From Candidatus Heimdallarchaeota archaeon (GTDB lineage: Archaea > Asgardarchaeota > Heimdallarchaeia > JABLTI01): a stretch of DNA of 64,000 bases. The notes under the pieces are model-generated. The model saw only the letters and a program-made list of their open reading frames with translations, was not told where the DNA came from and did not search any database. Shown in pieces: positions 10,292 through 20,482 of this stretch. The stretch's first letter is position 1; each line of letters starts with the position of its first letter. The translations under genes were made by a program, and so were the position numbers. Location: contig DXJV01000084.1 of assembly GCA_019056785.1 (NCBI GenBank), positions 32,001 to 96,000 on the forward strand. Reading direction: 5' to 3'.

Positions 10292-10690
10292 TTATTTTGA
10301 TCCTTTTTTCAAGGTGTCATCTAGATCGGTTTCCTCTCGTCCACGACGTTTCACTTTTATAACCGGTTCCTTGCCTGTTAATTCCCGTTCTATTCGCATC
10401 AAGTCAATTTTAGTTAACTTGCGCTCGATCATATTCTTATACATGAGCATAATAATCGTATCTTTAATTGTTTGAGCAATTGCAGGATTGTTTTTTGAAA
10501 GCCAATTCATATAGACTATTGCATCTGGTTCTAACACACTATTAACAATACGAGTAGCACGTATTTGTCGCTCTTTTGCTTTCGCTAGCTCCTCCTCTCG
10601 TTTTTTTTGCGCCAGATCTTTCTTGAGAGATTGGGCTAAGAGCTCTCGTCGACGTTTTTCACGCAAACTATCTAATTCTGGATCGCCCAT
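10292..10690 (-). CDS. PDCD5-like (dsDNA-binding) protein
   Basis: D.EL..LR.KR..EL at the N-terminus, L.PDA, and C-terminal I.VKRR. Confidence 0.75.
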   Translation of the reverse strand: MGDPELDSLREKRRRELLAQSLKKDLAQKKREEELAKAKERQIRATRIVNSVLEPDAIVYMNWLSKNNPAIAQTIKDTIIMLMYKNMIERKLTKIDLMRIERELTGKEPVIKVKRRGREETDLDDTLKKGSK

Positions 10691-10754
10691 TTCATACCAC
10701 CATCAATCTTCATACTTTTGGTAGTTATTCATAAGTATTTGTGTAGTGCCCACT

Positions 10755-11999
10755 TTATTCAATATTGGCATGTCGGCCCTTCATTTCAGTTTCTGTTATT
10801 CCTTTATGAATTGCAAGTTGAGCAATAATGCTTTCAATAACTATCGCAACAGCAAATTCAAATTGCGTTTCGATAAAGGGTTTGTCCTCTGAGAGACGGT
10901 TGTACCAACTTTCAGGGTCAAGTCGCCCCGGGACTTTAATTAAGACATCAATTTTTGAAGCAAACTCGGACTTGACATTCGAAGTAAAACCAATAGTAAA
11001 AATCCTCTTCTTTTTCGCTTCGGAAACAAAACCATTGGTAAACGGCGTACTACCACTCCCACTTATGGCAACTAAAATATCGTTTCTTTTACGAAAACGC
11101 CAATCATCTTGTAAATGGATGTTAAAACCTAAATGCTGAAACCGCATTGCATGCATCGAAGCTATAATGCCACTTAAACCTGCACCAACCCAAAAAACTT
11201 TCTTAGTTGATAACGGACTTAAATTCACAAATACCTCGAGAACCTTAATGATGTTTTCCTGGGTTTTTTTGTTTTTTACTATTTCTTGAACTGCTTTTTC
11301 AGCATTACTAATAACAGTATCTAATGTACTTTGGAATGAACGAACCGGCTCCTTTTCTCCACGAAGCATCCCAATTAAACTAATAGAGATTAGCAATGCA
11401 GATAATTCAAAAAGGGTGCCCATTGGAGAGAGAGAGCTACGCATTTCTTCAGGGATCTGACTTAAGGCCAAAACATATTCTTTGTCTGTTTCTATAGCAA
11501 CAGGCTCTTCTATTAATTTCTTTGATTTTGGTACTAACAAACAAATGTCTGCAAGACGTCCTAATCGAGATTTTTCATTCTGGGTGAGAGCGACAATTGT
11601 TGCTCCGCCATCAACACAAACGCCCACATTAGCAATGGTAGTGGATGTTTTGCCTGAACCAGAAAAAGCGACAACCACATCATCTACTGTTACCGGTAAA
11701 GCAAGTGTCCGGCCGATAATGGAAACATGAAAACCAAGATCTTTTAACATCTCAGCAAAAAATTCAACTGCACGCCCACTTCGGCCCATTCCGGTTACAT
11801 GAACAACTTTGTGTTTTTTCTTTGTTTCAAGCATCAAATTATAAAAAGCAATTAATTTATCCGCTTGATTTAACATTACCTTTCTAGTTCGGTTTGCTTG
11901 CGTCAAGAAAATATTACTCGCGCGAATTAGACCAGTTAAATCATGTAAGTTTAAAGCTTGAGTTTGTTGTTTTTTTTCTTGTTTCACCATAAAAATCAC
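10755..11999 (-). CDS. Tandem double-SIS protein, 6-phospho-3-hexuloisomerase-like
   Basis: Two SIS units (GMGRSG/SGSGKT/PMGTLFE and GAGLSG/SGSGST/TQFE) and a PHI-type C-terminus RHANIE. Confidence 0.8.
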   Translation of the reverse strand: MIFMVKQEKKQQTQALNLHDLTGLIRASNIFLTQANRTRKVMLNQADKLIAFYNLMLETKKKHKVVHVTGMGRSGRAVEFFAEMLKDLGFHVSIIGRTLALPVTVDDVVVAFSGSGKTSTTIANVGVCVDGGATIVALTQNEKSRLGRLADICLLVPKSKKLIEEPVAIETDKEYVLALSQIPEEMRSSLSPMGTLFELSALLISISLIGMLRGEKEPVRSFQSTLDTVISNAEKAVQEIVKNKKTQENIIKVLEVFVNLSPLSTKKVFWVGAGLSGIIASMHAMRFQHLGFNIHLQDDWRFRKRNDILVAISGSGSTPFTNGFVSEAKKKRIFTIGFTSNVKSEFASKIDVLIKVPGRLDPESWYNRLSEDKPFIETQFEFAVAIVIESIIAQLAIHKGITETEMKGRHANIE

Positions 12000-12230
12000 T
12001 TCAGGACTTTTCCCGCAGCTATTTCTAAGGGAATTAAACTTTCAGAGGAAAGTGTTAATAGTTCAATGTTGATTCTTTATGTACCCATTACCTTCAAGGG
12101 AATTAAAAGGTATTTCGATTGGAAAAGGATAAAAGGATTTTTAGGTGTAACTGTCATTTTTAAAATCTAAAAGCAAGATTAAAGAAGGGCGGGCTAGTTT
12201 TTAGTTACACTTAATGAATGAGGCTTTTAA

Positions 12231-13136
12231 ATGGACGAACCTTTTCTCGGAACGTTCGCAGTGTCAGAAATTGAAAGCGCTGTAGACGTAGATGCCATTC
12301 TTTTTGGAGTGCCATTCGAAGACAACATTCCTTTTTACCCCACTGGTTGCAGCTCTGCTCCCCAACAAATACGGACAGTTTCAAATTTATTTTCTGGCCA
12401 AGGGTTAAGGCAAGAAAACATTCACACTAGAAATTTTCTCGATTTCGGTGATATTGATACGAAAGATAAAACATATGAGCAGATTGTTGAAAGTGTGAAA
12501 AACCGTGTCAAACAAATCCTCGATAAAAAAGCCATCCCTCTTATTCTGGGTGGAGACCACTCTATTGCTTTAGGTACGGCACAAGGGTTTTTAGAAAAAC
12601 ATCCAGATAAAAAGAAAATTGTTTGGATAGATGCCCACCTTGATTTAATGGATAAATATCCACCTGGGCAAAAAAAGACACGCGCAACAGTCTTAAGACG
12701 CATTTTAGAACTTGAACACATCAGGCCTGAAGATGTCTATTTTATTGGCAGCAGGGGGTACAACCTTGGAATAGAAGAAGTTGAGTTTTTGAAAAAACAT
12801 ACTATGCACCTACTTCAATCACAAGATTTTGAAAACAAAAAGACTGTTAATGATTTTCTAAAAAAAATGTTAGCAGAAAAGGTTCCCCTCTATGTTTCAT
12901 TAGATTTGGATGTTCTTGACCCTAGTTATGCACCTGGTGTAAGTGTCCCTGAACCAGCGGGATTAACACCAAGAGAGTTATCTTTCATCCTTCAAAAACT
13001 TGCAAATAGCATCAGCTGTTTTGAAATCGTAGAGCTAAATCCCCTCCGAGATTATAATGACTTCACTGCGATGGTCGTTTGTAGGACGATCTTTTCCTTA
13101 GCCGAGAACCTCGAAAAAAAAGAAAATAAGGTATAG
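12231..13136 (+). CDS. speB: Agmatinase / ureohydrolase family
   Basis: GGDHS, DAHLD and SLDLDVLDP..APGV..PEP.G motifs. Confidence 0.8.
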   Translation: MDEPFLGTFAVSEIESAVDVDAILFGVPFEDNIPFYPTGCSSAPQQIRTVSNLFSGQGLRQENIHTRNFLDFGDIDTKDKTYEQIVESVKNRVKQILDKKAIPLILGGDHSIALGTAQGFLEKHPDKKKIVWIDAHLDLMDKYPPGQKKTRATVLRRILELEHIRPEDVYFIGSRGYNLGIEEVEFLKKHTMHLLQSQDFENKKTVNDFLKKMLAEKVPLYVSLDLDVLDPSYAPGVSVPEPAGLTPRELSFILQKLANSISCFEIVELNPLRDYNDFTAMVVCRTIFSLAENLEKKENKV

Positions 13137-13228
13137 AAAAGTCTTAAAATAATTGTTTTAGTAAAATGATAGGAATTTGAATCAATTTATTTAAAATACA
13201 CAAAGAATAATTAAAGTGGGTAAAAAAA

Positions 13229-14269
13229 ATGAAGCCGTTATTACCTGTTGAAACACTTCAGAAACGATTGAAGACATATCTTTTAGAAACAGGTAAATTA
13301 TGGCTATTAATCCCAAAAAATAGCAAACTCCTCCAAATTAAAACGCCAGAACGAATTCAATCAGGCATGTCAAATAAAGTCTACTTTCTGGATTTGATGT
13401 TTGACCTTGATGGAAACGAGATTAGAAAGAGTGTTGTCTTGCGCATTTATCCTGAAAAACACGACCCCTTAAAACCTCAACGTGAATTTAGAAAGCTTGG
13501 AAGATTGCAGGGAGCACCAATCCCTGTACCAAAACCGTATGTTCTCGAAATGAACCCTCAGATTCTCGGCTATCCCTTTTCTATCATTGAACGGATCCCA
13601 GGCGACACTTTGGAAAAGGCAATTAAAAAGTATTCCAAACTCGATTTTGAGAAATTCATTTCGGGTTTTGCACAGTACCTTGTTAATTTACATAATTTTC
13701 GATTCAAAAATTTTGGTGTTGAAACCCCCAAGGGGATTATTAAAGAAGAAATTCCATATGATAAATATATTCTGAATGACATTACAAGATCGTTAGAGTT
13801 TCTTAGAAAAGCAGGTTATTATGTTGAACCTCTTGGGAAATGGTTTTTCTCGTTCAAAAAGCAATTGAAACTTGATCGTTTTTCGCTCTTACATGGAGAC
13901 CCCCAACCACGGAACATCATGGTACAAGGACCAAAGATAACCGGCTTGATAGATTGGGAATATTCACGATTGGGCGACCCCGCTTTAGATGCGGGATGGG
14001 CACTATTCTTTTTTTCACTTTATCCTGAATTAGACCACCAAAGACATAATTTCTATAATCAATACATTACTAAAGTAAAATTACCAGAAATTGGCAACCG
14101 GATTTTCTTCTATGAAGTGTATACCGCAACCAGAATGATGGCCTTTGCTGTTAGTGCGCGAGACTATTCAACAGAAAAGTTCAAAGAAAGTGGCGTCTTT
14201 CTCAGTAGAATTCAGGAAGCATTTTTCAATTATGAAGAGAAAATTAGGAATATCATTTCAACCCGTTAG
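13229..14269 (+). CDS. Aminoglycoside phosphotransferase (APH)-family kinase
   Basis: GMSN, VLR, HGDPQPRNIM and LIDWE...GDP..D motifs. Confidence 0.85.
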   Translation: MKPLLPVETLQKRLKTYLLETGKLWLLIPKNSKLLQIKTPERIQSGMSNKVYFLDLMFDLDGNEIRKSVVLRIYPEKHDPLKPQREFRKLGRLQGAPIPVPKPYVLEMNPQILGYPFSIIERIPGDTLEKAIKKYSKLDFEKFISGFAQYLVNLHNFRFKNFGVETPKGIIKEEIPYDKYILNDITRSLEFLRKAGYYVEPLGKWFFSFKKQLKLDRFSLLHGDPQPRNIMVQGPKITGLIDWEYSRLGDPALDAGWALFFFSLYPELDHQRHNFYNQYITKVKLPEIGNRIFFYEVYTATRMMAFAVSARDYSTEKFKESGVFLSRIQEAFFNYEEKIRNIISTR

Positions 14270-14349
14270 AGCTAGCTGCTAATGATATTGAAATAATACA
14301 AAAGTATTTTTTGACTTGTAAGACGTTCTTTGCTAGAAGGTAAGCAGGA

Positions 14350-15267
14350 ATGTTACTAAATGAATGGATCCCTTTTAGCATGTCAACAAATGGTCCCTTT
14401 GATTTAAAACGGACAATTGAATCTGGTCAAAGCTCTTTTCCAACGCCACAAAGCGACAAACTCGGAAGGTATTATTTGGTCCTCGATTTAGAGTCAAAAG
14501 GAAAAAAAGTCATCACAAGATTTTATCAAAAAGGAGCGAAATTGCACGGCGAAATGGTTTCTCCTATGGAAGAGCTGACAGAAGCCCAGATAAAAGAAGC
14601 AAAGAAGAAAATCAGACTAACATTGGGCTTGCAGTTCAATTTACGAGAATTTTATGCAACCTTTAAAGATGACCCCATCGCGCCGGCTTTCCAGTTTTGC
14701 ACAGGCTTGAAATTAACTCGAGCATATGACTTATTTGAAAGTTTAATTTCCTCTATTTTAACACAAAACAGTTCTGTTTGGAAATGGGTAGGACAAGTAA
14801 GAAAGTTAAAGGAGTTAGCCGGCGAAAAATTCCCTATGGAACATTTTATGGTTTATTCTTTTCCATCACCACAAAACCTCTTTCGATTGAAATATCGTAT
14901 TAAAGAAGCAAAATTGGGGTATCGAGAGGAATATGTGCTTAAAGCAATCGAAGAAATTGCCACATATCAAATTAGACTTGATAAATTGCGCACTTTGTCA
15001 ACAGATAAAGCCAGGAAGATTCTCCTTAAAATAAAAGGTATTGGTCCAAAAGTTGCAGATATGTTTCTTTTATATGGCTTGGGAAAAATCGATGCCCCTC
15101 CAATAGACATCTGGATCCAGCGAGGGGTTTCTGCCATTTTCTTCAAAGGAAAAGAAGTTTCTTTGGATGTTTGTCGAACGAAATTGGTCGAGCACTATGG
15201 GAAATGGGCAGGACTGGCACAATTGTATATTTATGATTGGATCAGGCAGAAAAAGTCCATTAGCTAA
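14350..15267 (+). CDS. OGG1/AlkA-like HhH-GPD DNA glycosylase
   Basis: FDL..T..SGQ N-domain, LGYR..Y, LLKIKGIGPKVAD, PIDIWI and G.WAG.AQ.Y motifs. Confidence 0.85.
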   Translation: MLLNEWIPFSMSTNGPFDLKRTIESGQSSFPTPQSDKLGRYYLVLDLESKGKKVITRFYQKGAKLHGEMVSPMEELTEAQIKEAKKKIRLTLGLQFNLREFYATFKDDPIAPAFQFCTGLKLTRAYDLFESLISSILTQNSSVWKWVGQVRKLKELAGEKFPMEHFMVYSFPSPQNLFRLKYRIKEAKLGYREEYVLKAIEEIATYQIRLDKLRTLSTDKARKILLKIKGIGPKVADMFLLYGLGKIDAPPIDIWIQRGVSAIFFKGKEVSLDVCRTKLVEHYGKWAGLAQLYIYDWIRQKKSIS

Positions 15268-16121
15268 TTTGACATTATAGTAATGTCACAAAAAGCTTCT
15301 TCTTCGATTGTATAAGACCTGACATCTAACCTGTAGAGCATTTTTGTCTCGGCAGTTTCTAGGACAATCTCTGAATAACTGATAGCCATGGGGTCTTGTT
15401 CTGGTGATAGGAGATTTTCATACATTAGTCCGGATAAACTTACAAGACTTTTAGCTATTTTATAGAGAGTTATCTTCTCCTCTTTGCTCATCAACAGCTG
15501 GTTAAAGGATTCAATAGCTCTCTCACCCAAATCATAAAATAGCTCCTCAATTCGAATCTTACCATTATAAAGTACATTTGTAAACTCAAATTTCGAACCA
15601 AAATCGTTTGAGGCTTGAGTTAACGACCAACTGGCAACTAACGACTGGAATTTCGTGTCAACTTCTTCTAACATCGTAGCTACATCTTTGATCAGCGAAA
15701 AGTTCTGAAGATAGGGAATGTCTGAAATATCCCGGCCACTAGCTTGTAATCGATTGTAAATATTTTCGACAATAGAATCCAGGAAAGCTTTTTCAAACTC
15801 ACTCATTTGATTCGTAATCATATGAGAATAAAAGACACTTTGTAAGCTTAAACCGCGATAAGATGAACAATGAATGACATAATCAGGAACATTTTCAACC
15901 GGTTCTTCGGAAGTTATGGGAGGATGAAAATTTATTCTAACGATAGACAATTTCTCATTGTTAAATTTGATATGCTCTTGATCAAAGAACGTAGAAATAG
16001 CATATAAACTACTGGTAAGAAGCATAATGGTATCTTCGTTTAAAATACCCCCTACTTCAGGTACTTGAAAGAGGTAAACGCCTTCACTTGAGAGCCATCT
16101 TGTTGCTTGGTAAATCATCAT
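15264..16121 (-). CDS. Hypothetical protein, possible longin-like N-terminal domain
   Basis: Strand-S.EG..L then helix LLTSSLYAISTFF, a pattern typical of Asgard longin/roadblock-like domains. Confidence 0.45.
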   Translation of the reverse strand: MMIYQATRWLSSEGVYLFQVPEVGGILNEDTIMLLTSSLYAISTFFDQEHIKFNNEKLSIVRINFHPPITSEEPVENVPDYVIHCSSYRGLSLQSVFYSHMITNQMSEFEKAFLDSIVENIYNRLQASGRDISDIPYLQNFSLIKDVATMLEEVDTKFQSLVASWSLTQASNDFGSKFEFTNVLYNGKIRIEELFYDLGERAIESFNQLLMSKEEKITLYKIAKSLVSLSGLMYENLLSPEQDPMAISYSEIVLETAETKMLYRLDVRSYTIEEEAFCDITIMSN

Positions 16122-16236
16122 TCTTTGTTCCTTTTTTGAATTCTTCTTTGTGTATTTCCTAGAAGGCTTTTTTTAAATCCTTCTTTATTGAAATGAAATA
16201 CTATTATAAGATTAATTATTACGGAAAATGGAAGAA

Positions 16237-17211
16237 TCAATCATGGCTTTCTGCAGATGCTTCAGCCTTAATAATTTCTGCAAACTTTTCCTTCCAGCCG
16301 TTATTTATTGATAATGTGATTATTGATACAAGCATTATCACAATTCCGATGGATTGTAAAATGATATCTAATATTGAATAACCACTTGTTGGTGCCCATT
16401 CTTGGAAGATAATAATACCAGCTAGAACGGGGATAATAACTTGTATTGCGGCCCAAATTGGTAAAATAATTACTCCTTGTCCTTTTTGATAGGAAATGTT
16501 CAATAAGATAATCCCAATGACACTTACAAAGAAATAAAGAAGGACAAATGTCCAAGTAAAAAGCCACCTTTCACCAAAAAAAGCTTCAATAAATCCCACA
16601 TCGCGAATCGCCGTTGCCACTGCTTTTGTGAAGAGATTTTGGGTTGCAGTCCATATGGCTGATGAAATTACCAAAAAAACCAAAGAAATCGTTTTTTTCG
16701 TTTTTTCGCTGACAAGGTAACTAAGAAGGGCAATTGAGAGGAAAACGGAGAAAAAGATAATGCCATTTCGACTTGTAAATAAGGTAATTAAAGTAAGATA
16801 ACTTATTTGCTCCAAAGGTTTTGCAGTAATACCAATAACAACTATTCCGACTATGCCAAAAAAAACACCGACAATATCCAATCGATTAATTTTCTCTTTA
16901 AGATAAAAATGAATGAAAATAACAAGAACAATGAGACCAAAACCATACAAAGGTTGTAATACTGTAATTGAGGCGAGGGCAAAAGCCCCGGCGGCGAATA
17001 AGGTGCTGGAACTATTAAGAAGAAAACCAAAGATCCATGCTTTATTTGTTATCATGTTTTTTAAGGAAGCCAAAATGCCTGCTTCTTTTACGATTAAAGG
17101 AAGTTCTGTAGCGGCTTTTTTTTGGATGGTCATGCCTATGAAATTAACCGAAGCGGCAATCAATTGCAACACAATTGCCAGGACAAGAATCGAGATTGAC
17201 GCCAAAGCCAT
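16237..17211 (-). CDS. DMT-superfamily transporter (NIPA-like Mg2+ transporter)
   Basis: About 9 TM helices with G...QKK, W..G, A.IT.LQPL and L.EKI motifs. Confidence 0.7.
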   Translation of the reverse strand: MALASISILVLAIVLQLIAASVNFIGMTIQKKAATELPLIVKEAGILASLKNMITNKAWIFGFLLNSSSTLFAAGAFALASITVLQPLYGFGLIVLVIFIHFYLKEKINRLDIVGVFFGIVGIVVIGITAKPLEQISYLTLITLFTSRNGIIFFSVFLSIALLSYLVSEKTKKTISLVFLVISSAIWTATQNLFTKAVATAIRDVGFIEAFFGERWLFTWTFVLLYFFVSVIGIILLNISYQKGQGVIILPIWAAIQVIIPVLAGIIIFQEWAPTSGYSILDIILQSIGIVIMLVSIITLSINNGWKEKFAEIIKAEASAESHD

Positions 17212-17318
17212 AATGACTCTATTTTAATTTTGAACTCAAAAAGGTTTAGGGAAGTAAGAAAATAGCACTAGAGAAATTCCTATTAACCTAAAAGAAAACA
17301 AGAAGGATAGATGGGAAA

Positions 17319-17885
17319 ATGGTCGAAATTAGGCTCTTATCTAAAACCGATTGGCAAGGGCTTTACGACATTATAAGTGAAGTAGATAAAGAGCTTGTTG
17401 GAATGTTCAGTGAAACTGAGGAATTGGTGGAAGATTGGATTAATTCAATTGAGCTTGGGGTTTGGGAAGTGTATGTAGCCACGCTTCCTCAACATGAAAT
17501 TGAAAGAGAATTAAACCGCTTAAAATGGAAGTTACGGTTTTGGCACCGGTATAAAAGAAACCAGAATAATATTGTTGGGTTGGTTACATTATATGGTGAT
17601 TGGGAGGAAGACGAAGAGATACAAAAGGGCGAATTTGATATTGGAATAACTGTGGCAAAACCCTTTCAAAAGAAAGGTATTGGAAAAGAATTATTACACT
17701 TTGTTTGTAATAGAGGAGAAAAACTCGGCTATTTACGTGCTACGCTCTGGACTAGGATTGATAACCTCCCAATGATTAAACTTGCAAAGAAAGTCGGCTT
17801 TAAGGAAGGAAAAACAAGAACAAGATTTGGTTATCAGTGGATCCAATTTACAAAAGAATTGAGAAAAAAAGAGGAAAAAGAATAA
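17319..17885 (+). CDS. GNAT acetyltransferase
   Basis: V...FQKKGIGKELL and N.P.I.L..K.GF motifs. Confidence 0.85.
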   Translation: MVEIRLLSKTDWQGLYDIISEVDKELVGMFSETEELVEDWINSIELGVWEVYVATLPQHEIERELNRLKWKLRFWHRYKRNQNNIVGLVTLYGDWEEDEEIQKGEFDIGITVAKPFQKKGIGKELLHFVCNRGEKLGYLRATLWTRIDNLPMIKLAKKVGFKEGKTRTRFGYQWIQFTKELRKKEEKE

Positions 17886-17900
17886 AAGCCATTATGGCAG

Positions 17901-18509
17901 TTATTCTGATACCCCAATAATTTCATAAGCTTTTTTGCGATTGCTTTCAACTTTCTGAGAAACTTCTTTGAAAAGATTGTTCCCATGAGTATCAATAGCA
18001 ACCGTCAATGGACCAAATTCTTCAACTTCAAATATCCAGAGAGCTTCAGGGGTTCCTAAGTCTAACCATTCAACACCTTTAACTTTCTTAACGGCTTTTG
18101 CTGCAAGAACAGCTGCACCTCCGGTGAAAGCACCATAGACTGCACCAACCTTTTTCATTGCTGCGGTAGTTCGTTCAAACATTCCGCCTTTACCAATGAC
18201 CACCCGAACTTTGAATTGTTCAATATATTTATCTTCGAAAATTTCCATTCGTGAAGATGTTGTTGGTCCTGCTGCAACTACATGCCATTCGCCCTTTTCA
18301 TCTTGTTTAACTATGGGGCCACAATGGAACAATGCCAACCCCTCAAAATCCAATGGTAGCTTTTTACCTTCCTTTGCATATTCCAAAGCTCGAAGGTGGG
18401 CTTCGTCTCGTGAGAGATAGACGGTTCCGGAGATATAGATAATATCACCGACTTTCACTTTACGAACATCTTCTTCTGAAATAGGGGTTTGTAATTTTAC
18501 TATAGCCAT
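17901..18509 (-). CDS. Class I fumarate hydratase / L-tartrate dehydratase, beta subunit
   Basis: RDEAH, HCGP, GPTTSSRME, IGKGG and D.HGN motifs. Confidence 0.92.
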   Translation of the reverse strand: MAIVKLQTPISEEDVRKVKVGDIIYISGTVYLSRDEAHLRALEYAKEGKKLPLDFEGLALFHCGPIVKQDEKGEWHVVAAGPTTSSRMEIFEDKYIEQFKVRVVIGKGGMFERTTAAMKKVGAVYGAFTGGAAVLAAKAVKKVKGVEWLDLGTPEALWIFEVEEFGPLTVAIDTHGNNLFKEVSQKVESNRKKAYEIIGVSE

Positions 18510-18518
18510 TTTCCTTCC

Positions 18519-19406
18519 TTACTCCTTAATATTGTGATGTAAATAAGTAACTTTGCCATCAGGCGCAATCTCTGCTCCTGATTGTCGTGCAGCCCAGCAT
18601 TGGACTGCAATTCCCAACGGAAGAGAGGCAGGATGTCTATAAGCATAATCCATATGGACTGCCAAACAAGTGGTATTTCCTCCCAAACCCATTGGCCCAA
18701 TCCCGGTGGTATTTATCGCTTCCTTTAATTTTCTCTCGATTTCAGCAATATTTTTATCAGGATGGGGTTGACCAACAGGGCGCATCAACTGCTTTTTAGC
18801 TAATTTTATTGCGATGTCTGCCCCACCACCAATTGCAACACCTACAACAGTTGGTGGGCAAGGTTGGCCAGCTGCATGGATCATCCAATCGAGGACTTCT
18901 TTCATCACTCCTTTGATGCCCACGCCAGGTTTGAGCATTTTCACAGTGCTCATGTTCTCACTTCCTCCACCTTTTGGGAAAGCAACAATTTTCAATTTAT
19001 CCCCAGGCACTACTTCCCAATTGATCCAAGGGATAAACCGGCCCGTGTTGTCGCCGGAGTTGCTCCCAAAGGGGTCGACAGCATTTGGTCGCATTGGAAC
19101 TTCTTTGGTGGCACGTCGAGAAGCATTAATAAGTGCGTCTTTGATTTTCCCAAGGTCATCAATCGGGCAATCGGCGCCAACTTCGACATAATAAATATGT
19201 ATCCCGGTATCTTGACACATTGGAATGCAAAACTTTGCGCCGGTTTCGAAGTTCTTAATGATGGCTTCTAATTGACTCTTCGCCACGGAATTTGACTCGT
19301 ACTTGTACGCGTCTTTCAACGCCTTAACGGCGCTATCAGGCAAAACAGTTGCTGCATATTTCATTAAATTAAAAGCAACCTTTTCAACAATTGGTGCGTA
19401 TTCCAT
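18519..19406 (-). CDS. Class I fumarate hydratase / L-tartrate dehydratase, alpha (Fe-S) subunit
   Basis: PMCQDTG, KGGGSEN, PCPP, GIGPMGLGG, HPASLP and QCWAAR motifs. Confidence 0.92.
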   Translation of the reverse strand: MEYAPIVEKVAFNLMKYAATVLPDSAVKALKDAYKYESNSVAKSQLEAIIKNFETGAKFCIPMCQDTGIHIYYVEVGADCPIDDLGKIKDALINASRRATKEVPMRPNAVDPFGSNSGDNTGRFIPWINWEVVPGDKLKIVAFPKGGGSENMSTVKMLKPGVGIKGVMKEVLDWMIHAAGQPCPPTVVGVAIGGGADIAIKLAKKQLMRPVGQPHPDKNIAEIERKLKEAINTTGIGPMGLGGNTTCLAVHMDYAYRHPASLPLGIAVQCWAARQSGAEIAPDGKVTYLHHNIKE

Positions 19407-19645
19407 TGTTTTATTGTCCCTTCATTAAATAATTACTATTATTTGTAAATGCAGTAAAGTTATCTATTTTAAAAGCTTGTTTTTAAACGAAAAAAAAACA
19501 GCTAAAAGATTCTCGAGAATTAAATAAATAAAAAAAGTTCAAAAATAGAAAGCAAATATATAAAAAAGGACTGAGAAGTCAAATTTCCAACTATAAAATA
19601 TACCATCAATTGAAAATATTACAGCTATTCGGAGAAAGATAAAAA

Positions 19646-20461
19646 ATGCAGAATTCCGCTTACGAGCATGAGCCTTTAAAAGGTATTGAAAGTAAGGTTA
19701 TACTGGCAACGGGTTTAGGGGGTGCAGGACGCTCCTATCCAGATTATGAAGCAAAATTCGGGAAAGAAAATTGCATCATTGTTATTTGGGATAAATCCTG
19801 CACAGATTTAGACGCACATATAAATTATTTGAAAAGCAAATTGCCAAAAGAACCATTTGTTGGTATTGGACATAGCTTGGGTGGTTCCATTTGGCTGGAA
19901 ATTTGTAGCCGAGAAAATATACCAAATATGAAGGGATTAGTATTAGTCGGAAGTGCAAGAAAGGTACGAAGTGATAGGGGGATGGAATTTCTGATGGGTG
20001 GTCATTGGTTCCGTTTATGGTGGATTGCTATTTTGATCACATTGGCCTTTCCAATTATGCTCTTTGTGTGGGGGAGAAAAACTTTTGATACTTATCGAGA
20101 GATGTGGGGATTTCTCGCAAAAGATGGAGCACAAAAAATTCATGCCCAATATAATAAAACTTTGAAAAAATTAGGAACAGTTACTTCCGTAAAAAATCCT
20201 GATTTGCCTTTAGTGATTGTTCGTTTACGAAAAGATACTTTAATAGACCCAGATGATCTTGAATTTACAAAATCCATGTTTAATAATGTTCATGAACAAA
20301 TTATTGAAAGCGAAGCGCTTCATTTAACTGAAAAATTAGACCATGCAACTGTTGAAAAAATTGCTGCAGAAGCGGAGTTCTTAGGATTAGTGAAGAGAAG
20401 AGAAATTGAGAAATTTCAAATTACAAAAAGAAAGGAACAAATTATTGAAGCCACCAAATAA
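19646..20461 (+). CDS. Alpha/beta hydrolase
   Basis: GHSLGG nucleophile elbow, a hydrophobic lid segment and a late Asp/His pair. Confidence 0.7.
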   Translation: MQNSAYEHEPLKGIESKVILATGLGGAGRSYPDYEAKFGKENCIIVIWDKSCTDLDAHINYLKSKLPKEPFVGIGHSLGGSIWLEICSRENIPNMKGLVLVGSARKVRSDRGMEFLMGGHWFRLWWIAILITLAFPIMLFVWGRKTFDTYREMWGFLAKDGAQKIHAQYNKTLKKLGTVTSVKNPDLPLVIVRLRKDTLIDPDDLEFTKSMFNNVHEQIIESEALHLTEKLDHATVEKIAAEAEFLGLVKRREIEKFQITKRKEQIIEATK

Positions 20462-20482
20462 GTTTTCCTCTTTTTTTTCTCT

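Noticed and set aside
12026-12108. 12-bp direct repeat AAGGGAATTAAA (two copies) in the PHI/speB intergenic region
   Set aside because: There are only two copies in AT-rich DNA. It is not a CRISPR array and is too weak to call an operator.
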